In this document: in pieces, positions 62,714 to 64,000 of the stretch
Numbering within the stretch: the stretch's first letter is position 1
Layout of the letters: each line of letters begins with the position of its first letter
Assembly (NCBI GenBank): GCA_018003015.1
Contig: JAGNEZ010000018.1
Span: 10,836 to 74,835, forward strand
Direction of reading: 5' to 3'
Source of the DNA: Phycisphaerae bacterium
Lineage (GTDB): Bacteria > Planctomycetota > Phycisphaerae > UBA1845 > PWPN01
DNA: 64,000 bases
Made by a program: the position numbers and the translations under genes
Notes under the pieces: generated by a model
What the model saw: only the letters and a program-made list of their open reading frames with translations
Database searches by the model: none
What the model was told of the DNA's origin: nothing

Positions 62714-63865
62714 ATGCAATCAGCCGACTTGCAGGATATCGCCGCGAAGGTCCATGCGGGTCAGCGACTCGGTGTCGAGGATGGCGTGCGACTCTACCGC
62801 TCGCCGGATATCCATACCCTCGGCGAGCTGGCCAACATCACCCGGGAGCGATTCCACGGGAGAAAAACATTCTACAACATCAATCGCCACATCAATTACA
62901 CCAACTACTGCACGCTCCGCTGCCGATTCTGCTCCTTCTACCGGCCGTACCCCACAGGAAAAGCAGCAACGCCGAACCCGCCAAACCCCGCCTGCGACAC
63001 ATCGGGCGGATATGAGCTCTCCGTCGACGAGATCGTCCAACGAGCGACCCTGGCAGCCGAAACCGGAGCGACCGAGGTCCACATCGTCGGCGGCCTGCAC
63101 CCCAGACTCCCCTTCTCGTACTACCTCGAGATGTGCCGACGAGTACGCGAGGCGGCGCCCCAACTGCATATCAAGGCGTTCACCGCCATCGAGATCATCC
63201 ACTTCAGCCGGATCACAAAACCCCACCTGTCGATCCGAGAGGTCCTCATACAACTCCGCGAGGCGGGACTCGGTAGCCTGCCCGGCGGCGGCGCCGAAAT
63301 CTTCGACGATCGCGTGCACACCGAGGCATTCAAGACCAAGGTCGGCCAAGAAGGCTGGTTCGATGTCCACCGAACAGCTCACGAACTGGGCCTGTTCAGC
63401 AATGCGACCATGCTTTACGGCCACATCGAGACCATCGAGGAACGCGTGCAGCACCTGGTCAAGCTACGCAGCCACCAGGATGACTCGCTCGCCGGCCGAG
63501 CGGCCCATTTCAACTGCATCGTGCCCCTCTCGTTCATCCCCCACAACACAGAACTCCACCACCTGGCCGGCCCCACAGGCCTCGACGACCTTCGCACCCT
63601 GGCGGTATGCCGTCTCATGCTCGACAACTTCCCCCACGTCAAGGCATTCTGGATTATGCAGACCCCCAAAATTGCCCAAGTTAGCCTCAACTGGGGGGTA
63701 GACGACTTCGACGGCACCGTAGTCCACTACGATATCACCAAACAGGCTGCCCGCAGTGCCGCAAACCACCAAGAACTCACCGTCGAGCAGATCCGACGGT
63801 TCATCTACGAGGCGGGAGGAATCCCGACAGAACGAGACTCGCTGTACGGGATCATCCAGAGATAG
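62714..63865 (+). CDS. futalosine-pathway radical SAM enzyme (MqnC/MqnE family)
   Basis: NINRHINYTNYCTLRCRFCSFYR (CxxxCxxC), EVHIVGGLHP, IKAFTAIEI and MLYGHIETIEERVQHL. I cannot separate MqnC from MqnE by eye, though NYTN and FYR lean toward MqnC. Confidence 0.8.
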   Translation: MQSADLQDIAAKVHAGQRLGVEDGVRLYRSPDIHTLGELANITRERFHGRKTFYNINRHINYTNYCTLRCRFCSFYRPYPTGKAATPNPPNPACDTSGGYELSVDEIVQRATLAAETGATEVHIVGGLHPRLPFSYYLEMCRRVREAAPQLHIKAFTAIEIIHFSRITKPHLSIREVLIQLREAGLGSLPGGGAEIFDDRVHTEAFKTKVGQEGWFDVHRTAHELGLFSNATMLYGHIETIEERVQHLVKLRSHQDDSLAGRAAHFNCIVPLSFIPHNTELHHLAGPTGLDDLRTLAVCRLMLDNFPHVKAFWIMQTPKIAQVSLNWGVDDFDGTVVHYDITKQAARSAANHQELTVEQIRRFIYEAGGIPTERDSLYGIIQR

Positions 63866-64000
63866 GCTTGCCGATAGAACCCGAGAATGAAATCACCGGA
63901 ACGAATCAACCCAGCCCCAGGCCTCGGCCAACGATACTTGAGCCCGGCCAAGACTGAAAGCCGCCTCTTCCCCAGCCCGTCCACGCCCCCCCTCGCGGAC

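Noticed and set aside
63887-64000. ATG-initiated ORF open to the window end (MKSPERINPAPGLGQRYLSPAKTESRLF...).
   Set aside because: Only 38 codons are visible, with no SD and no recognisable motif, so it cannot be supported.
1-64000. CRISPR arrays, rRNA genes, transposases/IS elements, prophage genes, known defence systems, additional tRNAs.
   Set aside because: I saw no regularly spaced direct repeats, no rRNA-like conserved blocks, no DDE/transposase or phage-like ORFs, and no further cloverleaf candidates in the intergenic regions I examined by eye. A tRNAscan/Infernal pass is still advisable.

Overview
High-GC (about 60-65% by eye) bacterial chromosome segment. Gene content suggests Planctomycetota, possibly Phycisphaerae-like (inference): DUF1080 and DUF1571 proteins, a CTPSR sulfatase, Tat-signal Gfo/Idh/MocA oxidoreductases, a dockerin-tailed secreted protein and a futalosine-pathway radical SAM enzyme. 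The core of the window is a 28-gene S10-spc-alpha ribosomal supercluster on the minus strand (8.5-24.2 kb, rpsJ to rplQ, including secY, adk, map and rpoA), preceded by a lone fusA. Other housekeeping genes are Trm112-like, rpsR, tRNA-Arg(UCG), serS, a DAHP synthase, xerD, dapB and a 2-hydroxyacid dehydrogenase. Accessory content includes an exported esterase/sulfatase/oxidoreductase patch (29.8-37.4 kb) and a patch of small zinc-ribbon genes and regulator remnants (37.7-42.5 kb). It also includes a signalling node (49.2-54.5 kb: PAS-GAF-REC protein, lipoprotein, PAS histidine kinase, NtrC-type activator) and a split MacAB/DevBCA-like exporter. I found no CRISPR array, transposase, phage gene or recognisable defence system, and no convincing novel multi-gene system. 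The most interesting signals are listed here. (1) A strongly structured transcript end at 41118-41257 (minus strand) with a C-rich apical loop and a U7 terminator. (2) A PAS-GAF protein whose DHp-like helix aligns to the neighbouring kinase but has Ala in place of the phospho-accepting His and has no ATPase domain. (3) A membrane-anchored coiled-coil protein ending in a BRCT-like domain. (4) At least five gene relics (RCC1 repeat, lgt, Gfo/Idh/MocA, PocR hybrid kinase, ald), two of which look like clean internal deletions. (5) An overlapping NTase two-gene cassette at the left edge. (6) A perfect 24-nt tandem duplication encoding an RGG/GGH tract in ribosomal protein S5. All coordinates of hairpins, promoters and alternative starts were derived by hand. 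The many long antisense ORFs in the track are GC-driven shadow ORFs.
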